DNA from: an uncultured delta proteobacterium
GTDB lineage: Bacteria > Myxococcota > Myxococcia > Myxococcales > Myxococcaceae
DNA: 64,000 nucleotides
Reading direction: 5' to 3'
Assembly: GCA_963771175.1 (NCBI GenBank)
Contig: CAVYSY010000024.1
Span: forward strand, 160,001 to 224,000
In this document: positions 30,576 to 41,638 of the stretch, piece by piece
How positions within the stretch are numbered: the stretch's first letter is position 1
How the letters are laid out: each line of letters starts with the position of its first letter
The notes under the pieces: generated by a model
What the model was told of the DNA's origin: nothing
Seen by the model: the letters and a program-made list of their open reading frames with translations, nothing else
Databases searched by the model: none
Translations under genes and position numbers: made by a program

Positions 30576-31799
30576 TCACCTCCGCGAGACCGGAGGCTCG
30601 AGCCCCGCCCCCAGCACCAGCGCGAAGGCCTGCGAGGCCTGCACGTGGAAGAGCGGATCGTGCAGCAGGGAAAGCAGGCAGAAGAAGGCGAGCGCCCCCA
30701 GCGCGCCCAGGCCCTCGGGCCGGGACAGGGGGAAGCGCCAGGCGAGCCAGCCGAGCAGCACCACGAAGAGGATGGCGCCCGGCACGCCCGTCTCCGCGGC
30801 CATGCTGAGGTACTGGTTGTGCGACTTGCCCGGGTGCTCGCGCGCCTGCTGGGGCATGTCCGGGGTGGCGTAGAGACGGGCCTGGAAGCGCCCCGGCCCC
30901 ACTCCGGTGAGGGGGCTCGAGCGCAGCGCGCACAGGCCCGTCTCCAGCAGCGCGGAGCGGCTCCCCGAGCCCTTCTCCGTGGCGCTGTTGAGGAAGCGCT
31001 CGCGCAGGGGCTGGTTGAGGGCCAGCGTCAGCGCCGCCAGTCCCAGCACCGCCGCGCACGTGGGCACCGCCACGCGCCTCGGCAGGCCGAGCAGCACCAC
31101 CAGCCCCATCACCGCCACCAGGGCCACGCTGGCCGCTCGCGCGTACGGGAAGAGGCCCACCGAGACGAGCCCCACCGCCGCCACCGCCAACGCCGCGGCA
31201 CGGCGCCGGCCCTGGAGGCGCAACCCCATGCCCAGGGCGAAGGCCACGCCCATGCCGCCGATGTGCGAGAACTTCAGCCGGTGGAACAGCAGTCCTCCGG
31301 CCATGAAGCGACTCTCCGTGCCGGGCACGGCCTCGTAGACGCGGTCGAACGGGAGTCGCGTCCACGCGAGCGGCGCCCAGGCCTCCGGCGCGGGCCACAC
31401 GCCGAAGTGCTGCAACCCCGCCACCGCGCACGAGACGACGAACACGCCGCCCAGCACCCACGCCAGGCGCACCCGCCGCGCGTCCGACAGGTGGCCGATC
31501 GCCACCGCCGCCACGGGAATGCCCGCGAAGTCCAGCAGGCGCGCCACACCGGTGCCGCTCGGCGGGTGGCCGGACAGCAACGGCGCCAGCAGCGCCCACG
31601 CGAGAAAGACCACCAGGGGCGCCCACGCGCGCAGCGCTCCGCGCACGGTGACGCCGTCCCGCCGGGCCGCCACCAGCGCCACCAGCGCGCAGCCCGCGAG
31701 CCCCACCGCCGCGAGCGCCTCCAGGAACAGGCAGCCCACGCCCCACAGGGCCAGGCACACCAGGAACCCGCGCTCGAGCACCTCGGATCGGACGTTCAC
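30576..31799 (-). CDS. waaL: O-antigen ligase family protein
   Basis: Polytopic membrane protein; PLTGVGPGRF, HNQYL..AAETGVPG; sits in an LPS cluster with lptFG. Confidence 0.8.
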   Translation of the reverse strand: MNVRSEVLERGFLVCLALWGVGCLFLEALAAVGLAGCALVALVAARRDGVTVRGALRAWAPLVVFLAWALLAPLLSGHPPSGTGVARLLDFAGIPVAAVAIGHLSDARRVRLAWVLGGVFVVSCAVAGLQHFGVWPAPEAWAPLAWTRLPFDRVYEAVPGTESRFMAGGLLFHRLKFSHIGGMGVAFALGMGLRLQGRRRAAALAVAAVGLVSVGLFPYARAASVALVAVMGLVVLLGLPRRVAVPTCAAVLGLAALTLALNQPLRERFLNSATEKGSGSRSALLETGLCALRSSPLTGVGPGRFQARLYATPDMPQQAREHPGKSHNQYLSMAAETGVPGAILFVVLLGWLAWRFPLSRPEGLGALGALAFFCLLSLLHDPLFHVQASQAFALVLGAGLEPPVSRR

Positions 31800-32896
31800 G
31801 CGCCGCGTCTCCCCAGCCGGCCCTCACCGCGCAGCCACAGCAGGGCGGCGGCCACCACCAGCAGCGCGGTCGGCATCCACGCGGCCACCACCGGCGTCAG
31901 ACGATCGGTGAGCACCAGCGTGCGGGCCACCACCATCAGGCCCCACATCGTCACGGAGATGAGCAGGCCCTCGACGATGGCCACCGTCAGGTGCCCCTTG
32001 CGTCCCGGGCGCAGCGCCAGCCCCACCGCCAGCATCGCCGCGGGGAAGCCCGCCAGCGGGTAGGCGAAGCGGTTGTGGAGCGCGAGCGAGAACTGCCGGA
32101 ACTCCAGCCCCACCTCCTCGCGCACGACGATCTGCTCGCGAAGCACGGGCAACCGCATCTGCTCGGGCCGGCCGGGGCGGATGCGGAACGTCTCCGCGGA
32201 GACGCCCAGGTCGTACTCGGCCTCCTCCAGCTCACGCACCGGGGACTTGCCGCCCTTCGTGAAGGAGCGCTCCACCACGCCGCTCAGCTTCCAGCGGGTG
32301 CCCTCCACCGAGTGCATCGCCTTCGCGTCCAGGCGCCGCGCCAGCCGGAAGTCCGGGGTGACAGTGAGGATGGACACGTTGTCGAAGCCGTCCTGCGCGC
32401 TGCCGCCTCGCAGGTAGAAGATGTTCTCGCCCCGGCGGAACCACTGCTTGGGCGAATGGTACAGGCCCCAGTCCCCCCAACGATTGAAGCGCTGGGTGGT
32501 GATCTCCTCCACGCGCCGAGAGGCCGTTACGCTCACCCACTCGTCGAAGGCCACGAGCCCCACGCACGCGAGGCCCACGCACAGGGCCACCGGCAGGTAG
32601 AGGGCCGAGGGCCCGAAGGTGAGCGACTGCATCGCCGTCACCTCGCCGCGCTTGCGCAGGGAGGACACCGCGGCCCCGGCCGCCAGCAGCAGCGCCGCCG
32701 GCCCGAGCTGCTGCGTGACCACCAACGCCTTGTTGGCGTACAGCAGCATCACGTTCCAGACCCAGCCCTCGCCGGAGTAGTTCCGAGCCCGGTCCACGAA
32801 GTCCACCACCAGGAAGATGGTGAGCACGGCGGCGAAGATGCCCACCGCGAACTGGACGTACGTGCGAGCCACGTAGCGGAAGAGCGTCCGGTTCAC
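31796..32896 (-). CDS. lptG: LPS export ABC transporter permease LptG
   Basis: LFRYVAR, LRKRGEVTAM, periplasmic beta region, 'VVAAWMP'; second of two tandem LptF/G paralogs. Confidence 0.8.
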   Translation of the reverse strand: MNRTLFRYVARTYVQFAVGIFAAVLTIFLVVDFVDRARNYSGEGWVWNVMLLYANKALVVTQQLGPAALLLAAGAAVSSLRKRGEVTAMQSLTFGPSALYLPVALCVGLACVGLVAFDEWVSVTASRRVEEITTQRFNRWGDWGLYHSPKQWFRRGENIFYLRGGSAQDGFDNVSILTVTPDFRLARRLDAKAMHSVEGTRWKLSGVVERSFTKGGKSPVRELEEAEYDLGVSAETFRIRPGRPEQMRLPVLREQIVVREEVGLEFRQFSLALHNRFAYPLAGFPAAMLAVGLALRPGRKGHLTVAIVEGLLISVTMWGLMVVARTLVLTDRLTPVVAAWMPTALLVVAAALLWLRGEGRLGRRGA

Positions 32897-34005
32897 CGCA
32901 CCGTCCCCGAGCGGCTGACGCGGTACATGGCCACGAGCCCCGCCGCGCAGAAGATGATGTTGGCGAGCTGGCCTGCCAGGAGCACCGGCATCTTCCCCTG
33001 CTGGCCCATCTGCTCGAAGAAGCGCATCAGCAGGTAGAAGAGCACGTAGCCGCCGAGCGTGAGGAGGTAGCCCCACGCGCGCCCGCCCTGCCGACGCCCG
33101 ATGGCCAGCGGCGTGCCCAGCAGCGCGAAGGACAGCGGCGCGAGCGCGTTCCCCAGCCGGTTGTGCAACGCCATCAGGAAGGAGCGGGGATCTCCCCCGG
33201 TGCGCTCGGCCTCTTCCGCGGCCTGCAGCAGCTCACTGGGAGTGAGCTCCTCCTTGGGCGAGCGGAAGCGGTTGCGCCGCCCCATGGAGCCCTCCACGCC
33301 CACGGCGATCTCCCCCGTCTGGAAGGTGACGACCGAGTAGTTCTCGGTGCCCCGGTTGGCCCGGTGCGCCTCGCCATCCCCGAGCACCAGCGTCAGCACC
33401 TGCCCGGCGACACTCGTGTTCACCCGGCCCTCGCGCGCGAGCATCAGCAGCGGCGCGGACCGCTCACGGTCGTCGTGGAGCAGCACGTTGGTCCACCCGC
33501 GATCCTCGCCGTCCACCTTCTCGGCGTAGAGCGTGAGGTTGGAGAGGTCCTCGTAGAAGACGCCGGACTTCACGTCGCCCACCACGTTCTTCTTGATGAT
33601 CTCCGCGACGAATTCCTTCACGCCGGTGAGGCCCCACGGCTCGACGGTGGAGGTGATCAACACCATCAACCCGGCGAGCACCGCGCCAATGGCCAGCGGC
33701 CCGGCGAGCAACTGCACCGGGCCGATGCCGAGCGCCTGCAGCGCGGTGAGCTCGCGGTCCTCCGCCAGCCGGCCCAGTCCCAGGAGGATGGCCAGGAGGA
33801 AGGCGATGGGCAGCGCCATCATCAGGAAGTGCGGCGCGAGGTAGCCGAGCAGCCGCCCGATGTCCCCCAGCGTCACGGCGGACCCGAGGAGCACGTCCGT
33901 GCCCCGCAGGAACTGCATGACGAAGAGCAGCAGGAAGAGGAACGCCACCCACACCCCGAGGGGGATGACCAGTTCCTTCAGCAGGTAGCGGGCGAGCAGC
34001 TTCAC
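32893..34005 (-). CDS. lptF: LPS export ABC transporter permease LptF
   Basis: LARYLLKEL, LPIAFLLAILLGLGRLAEDRELTALQALGI, SGVFYE. Confidence 0.8.
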   Translation of the reverse strand: MKLLARYLLKELVIPLGVWVAFLFLLLFVMQFLRGTDVLLGSAVTLGDIGRLLGYLAPHFLMMALPIAFLLAILLGLGRLAEDRELTALQALGIGPVQLLAGPLAIGAVLAGLMVLITSTVEPWGLTGVKEFVAEIIKKNVVGDVKSGVFYEDLSNLTLYAEKVDGEDRGWTNVLLHDDRERSAPLLMLAREGRVNTSVAGQVLTLVLGDGEAHRANRGTENYSVVTFQTGEIAVGVEGSMGRRNRFRSPKEELTPSELLQAAEEAERTGGDPRSFLMALHNRLGNALAPLSFALLGTPLAIGRRQGGRAWGYLLTLGGYVLFYLLMRFFEQMGQQGKMPVLLAGQLANIIFCAAGLVAMYRVSRSGTVR

Positions 34006-35270
34006 GGCGTCGTTGCTGGCGCCCGAAGTCCCTTGGCGCCGATGTCCCGGCGGAAGTGCATGCCCTCGAAGCGGATGCGGGCCGTGGCGGCGTACGCGGT
34101 GGAGCGGGCCTCCGCCAGGTCCGCCCCACGCGCGCATACGGTGAGCACCCGGCCACCGGCCGTGAGCCACTGGCCGCCCTTCTCCTCCACGCCCGCGACG
34201 AACACGGGGGCATCGGCCGGCACCGAGTCGACACCCTCGATGCGATCACCCTTCCGCGGCGCCTCCGGGTAGCCGTGGGCGGCGAGCACCACGCCCACCG
34301 AGGCCCCCGGATGCACCGCGAGCGGACGCGACTCCAGCCGGCCGCGCGCGCACGCATCCAGCAGCGGCAGCACGTCCTCCGCGAGCTGCATCATCAGCAC
34401 CTGCGTCTCGGGGTCCCCGAAACGCGCGTTGAACTCGAGCACCTTGGGGCCACCGCGCGTCAGCATCAGCCCCGCATACAGCGCACCCTTGAAGGGGATT
34501 CCCCGCCGCCGCAGCGTCGCCAGCGTCGGGGCGATCACCTGCTCGCCCACCGCGGAGAGCTGCTCCGGGGACAGGAACGGCGCCGGTGCGTACGCGCCCA
34601 TACCGCCGGTGTTGGGACCCGTGTCGCCCTCCCCCACCCGCTTGTGGTCCTGCGCCGGGGGGAGCAGCACGTAGCGCTCGCCGTCGCAGAGCGCGATGAC
34701 GGAGACCTCCTCGCCCTCGAGCAACTCCTCCAGCACCATCCGCTGGCCCGCCGTGCCCATGGCGCCCACCGCGCGCACGGCCTCGCGGGCCGCCTGCGCG
34801 TCCTGCGCCACGATGACGCCCTTGCCCGCGGCCAGCCCGTCCGCCTTGACGACGATGCGCCCCTGCGCCACCGCGTAGGCCTCGGCCTGGGCCACGTCGG
34901 TGAACACCTGGAAGCCGGCGGTGGGCACTCCCGCCTCGGCCATGATCTCCTTGGCGAAGGCCTTGGAGCCCTCGATGAGCGCGGCTCCGGCCACCGGGCC
35001 GAAACACGGGATGCCGGCCGCGACGAGCGCATCCGCCACACCCGCCACCAGCGGCGCCTCCGGGCCCACCACCACCAGATCCACCTGCTCCTGACGGGCA
35101 AGCGCCACCACCGCATCGGGCGCGTCCGCCTGGAGGGGGACGTTGGTGCCCACGCGGGCGGTGCCGGGATTGCCCGGGCCCACCAGCAGCTTCGTCAGCA
35201 GCGGGCTCTGGGCCAGCTTCCATGCGAGCGCGTGCTCTCGCGCGCCGGAACCGAGGAGAAGGACCTTCAC
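34002..35270 (-). CDS. purD: Phosphoribosylamine--glycine ligase
   Basis: [59 protein letters not shown]. Confidence 0.97.
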   Translation of the reverse strand: MKVLLLGSGAREHALAWKLAQSPLLTKLLVGPGNPGTARVGTNVPLQADAPDAVVALARQEQVDLVVVGPEAPLVAGVADALVAAGIPCFGPVAGAALIEGSKAFAKEIMAEAGVPTAGFQVFTDVAQAEAYAVAQGRIVVKADGLAAGKGVIVAQDAQAAREAVRAVGAMGTAGQRMVLEELLEGEEVSVIALCDGERYVLLPPAQDHKRVGEGDTGPNTGGMGAYAPAPFLSPEQLSAVGEQVIAPTLATLRRRGIPFKGALYAGLMLTRGGPKVLEFNARFGDPETQVLMMQLAEDVLPLLDACARGRLESRPLAVHPGASVGVVLAAHGYPEAPRKGDRIEGVDSVPADAPVFVAGVEEKGGQWLTAGGRVLTVCARGADLAEARSTAYAATARIRFEGMHFRRDIGAKGLRAPATTP

Positions 35271-35271
35271 G

Positions 35272-38200
35272 TCAACCTCGTTTGTCGAGCATGTAGAGAA
35301 CGCGCTTGGCGGGCAGGTACGAGGGATCGATCCCCAGCAGCCGGACCAGTCGCGAACGGACCGAGTCGCGGCTGGTGGCCGCCTCCAGCTCGGCCAGCTT
35401 CACCTCCGCCGCGTACAGCTTCGGAGCGAGCGTCACCGCCTCGCGGAAGGCCTTCTTGGCCGGCTCCACCTGCTTGGACTCCACCAGCACGAGCCCCTGG
35501 GCGAGGTGGGCGATAGCCACCTGGCGCCCGCCCGCGACCGCGCGACCGGCATGCCCCTTCGCCGCGTTCAGGTCCTTGCGACCGCCCAGCAGGCCCAGCG
35601 AGATGAACGCCCGGTAGGCGAACGCGGGAGCGTTGTTGGAGTCCACCTCGTTCACCTGCTTCAGCATCTTCTCGGCCGCGGCGACATTGCCCTGGTGGAA
35701 GCGCAGGAGCCCCTCGTAGAGGTGGGGCAGGATGTCGTCGTCGCCCCGGGCGATCCCCACGATGGAGCCCTCGAGCCCATCGAGCAGATCTCCCGGCTGC
35801 AGGTAGAAGGACGTGACGACCGGCCTCGGAGCCAGTCGCAGCGGATCCGCCTGGAGCACCTGGGCGAGCACACGGAAGGACTCGTCCCGACGCCCGTCCT
35901 GGGCGGCGGCCACTCCGGCCAGCAGCAGCGCGTCCGCGCGACGAGGGTCCGTCCGCGCGACTTCCATGAAGCGCTCGATCGCCTCGGTGGGCTTGCGCTC
36001 CAGCAGTCGCAACCGGCCCTCGAGCAGCTTCTCCAGCTCCGGCTCCTCGAGTTGACCCCGCAAGGAGGCAAGATGGCCGGCCGCCGCCGCGGCATCCTTG
36101 CGTGCCAGCGCCACCAGGAAGAGCTGGAGCTGCGCGGCCGGGTTGTCCTTCACCAGTTCCAGGGATTCGCGAGCCGCCTTGGCCGCCGCGTCCAGGTTGT
36201 TGGCCGAGCGCTCCGCGGCCGCCAGGTGCAGCAGCAGCTCCGCCACCTCGCGATCCTCATACTTCTCGCGGTTGCGCAGCATCCCGCGCAAGGCCCCCAG
36301 CGCACCGGGCAGTCCGCCTTCCACCTGGTAGCGCAGCACCGCGAGCGACAGGAGCGTCTGGAAGTCCCCCGGCGTGCTCTTGAGACGCGTCTCGTAGAGT
36401 TGGCGCGCCCGCTCCACTTCCCCCACCTCCAGGAAGATGCGGGCGAGGGTGATGCGGGTCTCCCAGTGATCGGCATCCTGCGTGAGCCGCTTCTCCAGGC
36501 GGTCGATCGCCAGCGAGAAGTCGCCCGCCGTCTCATCGGCCAGCGCGCGGTAGTAGTGGACGCGCTGGAGGTCCGGCGCGAGCGCCAGCGCCGAGTCGAA
36601 GTGCTGGTTGGCCAGCTCGCGCGAGGACGTCAGGAAGACGCGACCCAGCACCAGGTGGGCCTCGGCCTTGGGCGCCGTGGCATCCTTGGGACTGGCCAGC
36701 ACCTCCTCGGCGAGCTTGCGCGCCTGCTCCACGTTCTCCGACTGACGCGAACGGGCGAGCAGGAGGTTGGCATGGGCCGCCAGCAGCTCCGCGCCCCGGC
36801 TGGACCGACTCTCGGCGGCCTCGATGAGGGAGCGCGCCTCCTGGAAGGTCGCATCGTCCATCCGCGCACCGTGACCCAGCGCGAGCGCCTGGACATAGCC
36901 GCCGATGGCCGCATCGCTCTTCGGATCCAGCAACAGCGCCCGCTGGAAGGACTCGGCCGCCTGTGCGTAGGACAGACGCTGGTCCTTGACGAGCAGCGAC
37001 TGCCCCTCGGCGAGGAGCTGCTTGCTGTCACCGCTGCCAGCATCCACGAACATGAGCTGCCAGCGTGGCAGCACCGCTTCCACCGCGGGAGGCAACGTGA
37101 CGGTCGTGGGATGATCCGACGGGGTCTCGGTCTCCCCGCCTCCGCCCACCAGCGCCTTCACCTGGGGAACGAAGACGTACGCGGACCCAGCGACACCGAC
37201 CACCAGCAGGAGAACCACGGCGCCCACCAGCGCGCCTCGACCCCGCCCGCTGGAGGCGGACACGGCCACTCCCGTCATGGCGGGGGAGCGCTGTCCCGTG
37301 GGACGGACAGCACTGCGAGGCTCGGCCGCCAGTGAGGGCGGAGCCCCGGCGGAGCGTCCACCGCTGTCCGGCTCGGGCGGCAGCGACGCGTTCCCCGACG
37401 CCCCATTGCCCATGGGAGGCAGGTCGAGGATCTCCACGGACCTGGCCGCGGGCGGGGGCGAGGAGGACGGCTTCGCACGCTGTCGGCAGTCCTCGCACGC
37501 ACCGAGCGCCTGATCGAACGGATCCACCAACGACTTGCCGCACTCACGGCACGCCTTCGGCGCGGCGTCGAACGAGGGGGCCGCGGGAGCAGGAGTCGAA
37601 GCCTTGACGGGAGCCGAAACGGGCGCCTGTTGCGGCTGCGAGGTCGGCGCTCCGAAGAAGTCGAGGAGCGGATCGCCCTCGGGAGCCGCCGCGACCGGGG
37701 CCGCCGACTGGGGCGGCGCATTGAAACCCGGAGGCGAGTTGAAGTCGAACAGCCCGTCGTCCGCTGGCTCCGGGATCGCCGCGACAGCCGGCTTCGGCTG
37801 AGGCGCGGGAGCCGCCGGCTTCATCTGCACCGGAGGCGCGGCCGGCTTCGGCTGAGGCGCGGGAGCCGCCGACTGAGGCGGCATGCTGAACCCGGGAGGT
37901 GCGTTGAAGTCGAACAGCCCGTCGTCCGCTGGCTCCGGGATCGCCGCGGCAGCCGGCCTGGCCTGCACGGGCGACGCGGCCGGCTTCGGCTGAGGCACGG
38001 GAGCCGCCGGCTGGGGTGGCGCATCGAACCCCGGAGGCGAGTTGAAGTCGAACAGCGCATCGTCCGACGGCTCCGGGAAGGCGGGGGCCGCGGGTTTGGG
38101 TTGCACTGGCGCGGCGGGCTTCGCCTGCACCGGCTTGGGCGCGGGCGGAGCGATGTCGTCGAACAGCAGATCGCCCGACGGAATCGAGTACCCCGGCGTG

Positions 38201-38733
38201 GCCGGCCTGTCCTGGGCCGGATCGGACGCGGAGAGGTCGATGTTGTCGAACAGCGGATCGCCCGCTGGCCCCGAGGAGATCGGGTTGGACGGAGACGACT
38301 GGGTGAGCTCCGCGAGATCGCCGAACAGCGAGTCCTTCGACAGAGCCGGAGAGGCCGCGGCCGGAGCCTTGCCGATCGCGGCGAGGTCTCCCATCAGCGA
38401 GTCGGACTCGGCCGCATCGGCATCCGGCGCCGGCTCCATGTCTCCGAGGTCCCCGAAGAGCGAGTCGGACAGGGTGCCCGACGGAGTCGTCGGAGCCGAA
38501 GCTGGCTTCGCCGCCGCCGCGGGCTTCGCGACAGCGGGCTTCGGCGCGGCCGCGGGCTTCGGCGCCGGAGCCGTGGCAACAGGAGCGGGAGCACCCGGTT
38601 GGGCGGGAGCGTCCTCCCGCTTCACCAACTGCAAATGGCGGCAGCGCGGGCACTGCGCGCGCACACCCTTGGGCGTGATGACCCGATCATCGATGGCGTA
38701 GGCCGCCGCACACTTTTGACAGACGATCCGCAT
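35272..38733 (-). CDS. MJ0042-type zinc-ribbon protein with disordered repeat region, second CxxC pair, TM helix and TPR array
   Basis: MRIVCQKCAAAYAIDD..RAQCPRC; CREC..CEDC; TM 'ALVGAVVLLLVVGVAGSAYVFV'; many TPR-like helices. Confidence 0.85.
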   Translation of the reverse strand: MRIVCQKCAAAYAIDDRVITPKGVRAQCPRCRHLQLVKREDAPAQPGAPAPVATAPAPKPAAAPKPAVAKPAAAAKPASAPTTPSGTLSDSLFGDLGDMEPAPDADAAESDSLMGDLAAIGKAPAAASPALSKDSLFGDLAELTQSSPSNPISSGPAGDPLFDNIDLSASDPAQDRPATPGYSIPSGDLLFDDIAPPAPKPVQAKPAAPVQPKPAAPAFPEPSDDALFDFNSPPGFDAPPQPAAPVPQPKPAASPVQARPAAAAIPEPADDGLFDFNAPPGFSMPPQSAAPAPQPKPAAPPVQMKPAAPAPQPKPAVAAIPEPADDGLFDFNSPPGFNAPPQSAAPVAAAPEGDPLLDFFGAPTSQPQQAPVSAPVKASTPAPAAPSFDAAPKACRECGKSLVDPFDQALGACEDCRQRAKPSSSPPPAARSVEILDLPPMGNGASGNASLPPEPDSGGRSAGAPPSLAAEPRSAVRPTGQRSPAMTGVAVSASSGRGRGALVGAVVLLLVVGVAGSAYVFVPQVKALVGGGGETETPSDHPTTVTLPPAVEAVLPRWQLMFVDAGSGDSKQLLAEGQSLLVKDQRLSYAQAAESFQRALLLDPKSDAAIGGYVQALALGHGARMDDATFQEARSLIEAAESRSSRGAELLAAHANLLLARSRQSENVEQARKLAEEVLASPKDATAPKAEAHLVLGRVFLTSSRELANQHFDSALALAPDLQRVHYYRALADETAGDFSLAIDRLEKRLTQDADHWETRITLARIFLEVGEVERARQLYETRLKSTPGDFQTLLSLAVLRYQVEGGLPGALGALRGMLRNREKYEDREVAELLLHLAAAERSANNLDAAAKAARESLELVKDNPAAQLQLFLVALARKDAAAAAGHLASLRGQLEEPELEKLLEGRLRLLERKPTEAIERFMEVARTDPRRADALLLAGVAAAQDGRRDESFRVLAQVLQADPLRLAPRPVVTSFYLQPGDLLDGLEGSIVGIARGDDDILPHLYEGLLRFHQGNVAAAEKMLKQVNEVDSNNAPAFAYRAFISLGLLGGRKDLNAAKGHAGRAVAGGRQVAIAHLAQGLVLVESKQVEPAKKAFREAVTLAPKLYAAEVKLAELEAATSRDSVRSRLVRLLGIDPSYLPAKRVLYMLDKRG
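37721..38080 (-). repeat. Three near-identical intragenic repeats
   Basis: PEP(S/A)DD(A/G)LFDFN(S/A)PPGF x3, also near-identical at DNA level. Confidence 0.8.
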
Positions 38734-38736
38734 GGT

Positions 38737-40281
38737 TCAGTGCCGGAAGTGTCGCACTCCGGTCACCACCATTGCCATTCCATGTTCATCGGCGGCGGCG
38801 ACGACCTCTGAGTCGCGGACCGAGCCGCCAGGCTGGATGACGCAGGTGGCCCCTGCCCGAGCGGCCTCATCGAGCCCATCCCTGAAGGGGAAGAAGGCGT
38901 CCGAGGCCACGGCACTCCCCTTGAGGGCTTCGCCTCCACGTGCAGCGGCAATTTTCACCGAATCCACACGGCTCGTCTGGCCGCCACCCGCGGCCAGGAG
39001 CTCGGAGCTATTGGCGAAGACGATGGCGTTGCTCTTCACGTGCTTGCACACCCGCCAGGCGAAGCGCAGGGCCCGCTCCTCGTCGGGTGTGGGGGCGCGC
39101 TTGCTGACGACCTTCCACTCGAGCGGGGGCTCGACCGCATCCTTGTCCTGCAGCACCAGGCCGCCGGACACGCTGCGGGCCTCCAGCTGGGCGCGGGGAC
39201 GGGCCTGGGGCGAGGCCAACGCGGAGCCGGCCTCCAGCAGGCGCAGGTTCTTCTTGGCCGACAGCACCTGCAGGGCCTCGGCCGAGTAGGACGGGGCGAT
39301 GACCGCTTCGAGGAACGTCTCGGCGAGCGCCTCGGCGCAGGTGCGGTCCACCTCGCGGTTGAGCGCCACGATGCCACCGAAGGCGGACACCTCGTCGATC
39401 GCGCGCGCGGTGCGGTAGGCCGTGGTCAGCGACGTGTCCACCGACACGCCGCAGGGCGTGTTGTGCTTGATGATGACCGCGCAGGGCTGCTCGGGGAACT
39501 CCAGCACCAGACCGAGCGCCGCATCCAGGTCCAGGATGTTGTTGTAGGAGAGCTCCTTGCCCTGGAGGATGCGGGAGAAGGCCACGGTGGGCTCCGCGGG
39601 CGCGGCGTGCTCGCGGTAGAAGGCGCCGCGCTGGTGCGGGTTCTCGCCGTAGCGCAGGTTCTGCACCTTCTGGAACGCGAGCGTCTGCTCGTGGGGGAAC
39701 GGCTCCCCGGCCTGGGTCGACAGCCAGCTCGCGATGGAGGCGTCATAGGCCGCGGTGTGCGCGAAGGCCTTGCGCATCAGCCGCCGGCGCGTCTCCTCGC
39801 TCGTGGCGCGGGACTTCTCCATCTCGGCGAGCACGGCCTCGTAGTCGTCGGGGTCCACCACCACCGTCACGTGGCGGAAGTTCTTCGCCGAGGCGCGCAC
39901 CATGGCCGGCCCGCCGATGTCGATCTGCTCGATGACATCTGCCTCGGCGGCCCCGGAGGCGACCGTCTGCCGGAAGGGGTAGAGGTTGACGGCCACCAGG
40001 GAGATGGGCGCGATGCCTTGGGAGGCCATCTCCGCCTTGTCGCTCTCCACGTCCAGACGGCCGAGGATGCCGCCATGGATGCGTGGGTGGAGCGTCTTCA
40101 CCCGGCCACCGAGGATCTCCGGACTCTGGGTGTGCTCGGAGACCTTCTTCGCGGGGATACCCGCGGCTTGGAGCGCTGCGAGGGTGCCTCCGGTGGAGAG
40201 CAGCTCGAAGCCGAGCCGGACGAGTCCTTGAGCGAAGGGGACCAGACCGCGTTTATCGGAAACGCTGAGGAGAGCCAGCAC
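38737..40281 (-). CDS. purH: Bifunctional AICAR transformylase/IMP cyclohydrolase
   Basis: [65 protein letters not shown]. Confidence 0.97.
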   Translation of the reverse strand: MLALLSVSDKRGLVPFAQGLVRLGFELLSTGGTLAALQAAGIPAKKVSEHTQSPEILGGRVKTLHPRIHGGILGRLDVESDKAEMASQGIAPISLVAVNLYPFRQTVASGAAEADVIEQIDIGGPAMVRASAKNFRHVTVVVDPDDYEAVLAEMEKSRATSEETRRRLMRKAFAHTAAYDASIASWLSTQAGEPFPHEQTLAFQKVQNLRYGENPHQRGAFYREHAAPAEPTVAFSRILQGKELSYNNILDLDAALGLVLEFPEQPCAVIIKHNTPCGVSVDTSLTTAYRTARAIDEVSAFGGIVALNREVDRTCAEALAETFLEAVIAPSYSAEALQVLSAKKNLRLLEAGSALASPQARPRAQLEARSVSGGLVLQDKDAVEPPLEWKVVSKRAPTPDEERALRFAWRVCKHVKSNAIVFANSSELLAAGGGQTSRVDSVKIAAARGGEALKGSAVASDAFFPFRDGLDEAARAGATCVIQPGGSVRDSEVVAAADEHGMAMVVTGVRHFRH

Positions 40282-40389
40282 GGGTATGCACGCCTCTGTC
40301 TGTAGGAGAGGCGGCCCGTCTAGCAACCACCCCTCTGGGTGTCAACGAAGCGTGCGACCCGTGTCCATCAATGGTTCCGCGCCCGATTT

Positions 40390-40884
<495 letters not shown>

Positions 40885-40937
40885 GTCCTGTCCCCTCCAA
40901 CGATATTTCCACTCTACCCGTTCCCCTCCCCCCCAGC

Positions 40938-41462
40938 CTATTGCGAATGGAGCTTTTCGTCTCGGCGCGCGGTGACCGCGCTCCCCAACCGGGCCACGTC
41001 CCGGACCAGATCCTGGGCCCTGCTCCTCAACGTGACCAACTCCTCCTCCAATGTGCGCCGGTACTCCGCACCGAAGGCTCGCTCCCCCAGTTGATCCTGA
41101 AAACCCTCGAACACCTCGGAGAGATCCCGCTCGAGCTGATCGATGTGATTCTTATGGAACAAGAATGAGCGCTTGATGTCCTCCAGGGTGTGACCTTCCG
41201 CCATCATCTTTTTGATGGCGTTGATCCGCCGCACCGCTTCCACCGGATACAGCCCCCGGCTTCCCTGGTGCTTCCCCTTGCGCCCCACTCGGCGGCTGCG
41301 AGGTAGCAGTCCTACCTGCACATACTTGCGGAACGTCGCCTCGGAGAGCTGAACGCCGCGCGGACGGAAGATCTCGACGATCTCCCTCGCGGGCAGGCCA
41401 CCGGCGAAGTCGCGTTCGATGCGCTCGAGCTCCTCGGGTTCCAGCAACCGCGTCCCTTCCAT
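40938..41462 (-). CDS. MerR-like winged-helix DNA-binding protein
   Basis: [41 protein letters not shown], then a coiled coil. Confidence 0.7.
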   Translation of the reverse strand: MEGTRLLEPEELERIERDFAGGLPAREIVEIFRPRGVQLSEATFRKYVQVGLLPRSRRVGRKGKHQGSRGLYPVEAVRRINAIKKMMAEGHTLEDIKRSFLFHKNHIDQLERDLSEVFEGFQDQLGERAFGAEYRRTLEEELVTLRSRAQDLVRDVARLGSAVTARRDEKLHSQ

Positions 41463-41495
41463 TGAATATACGCTACTGAATGGGCGCCCTTGAAT
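41463..41495 (-). promoter_or_regulatory. Three direct repeats (ATTCA on the coding strand) at exact 14-bp period abutting the start codon
   Basis: TGAAT at 41463, 41477 and 41491 on +; TTGACA on minus at 41520-41515. Confidence 0.5.
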
Positions 41496-41638
41496 GCCAG
41501 AAAGCTCGCGAAGGTGTCAAGAAGAGCCTGTAGCGGCCTGTAGCGGTGGGCGCACGAAGGCCGGGCGCTGCGGGCGGGCCGAGGCGCGACGCGGGGTTAC
41601 GGGAGCTGGCGAAGGACGGCCGACGTCGGCGACATCAA

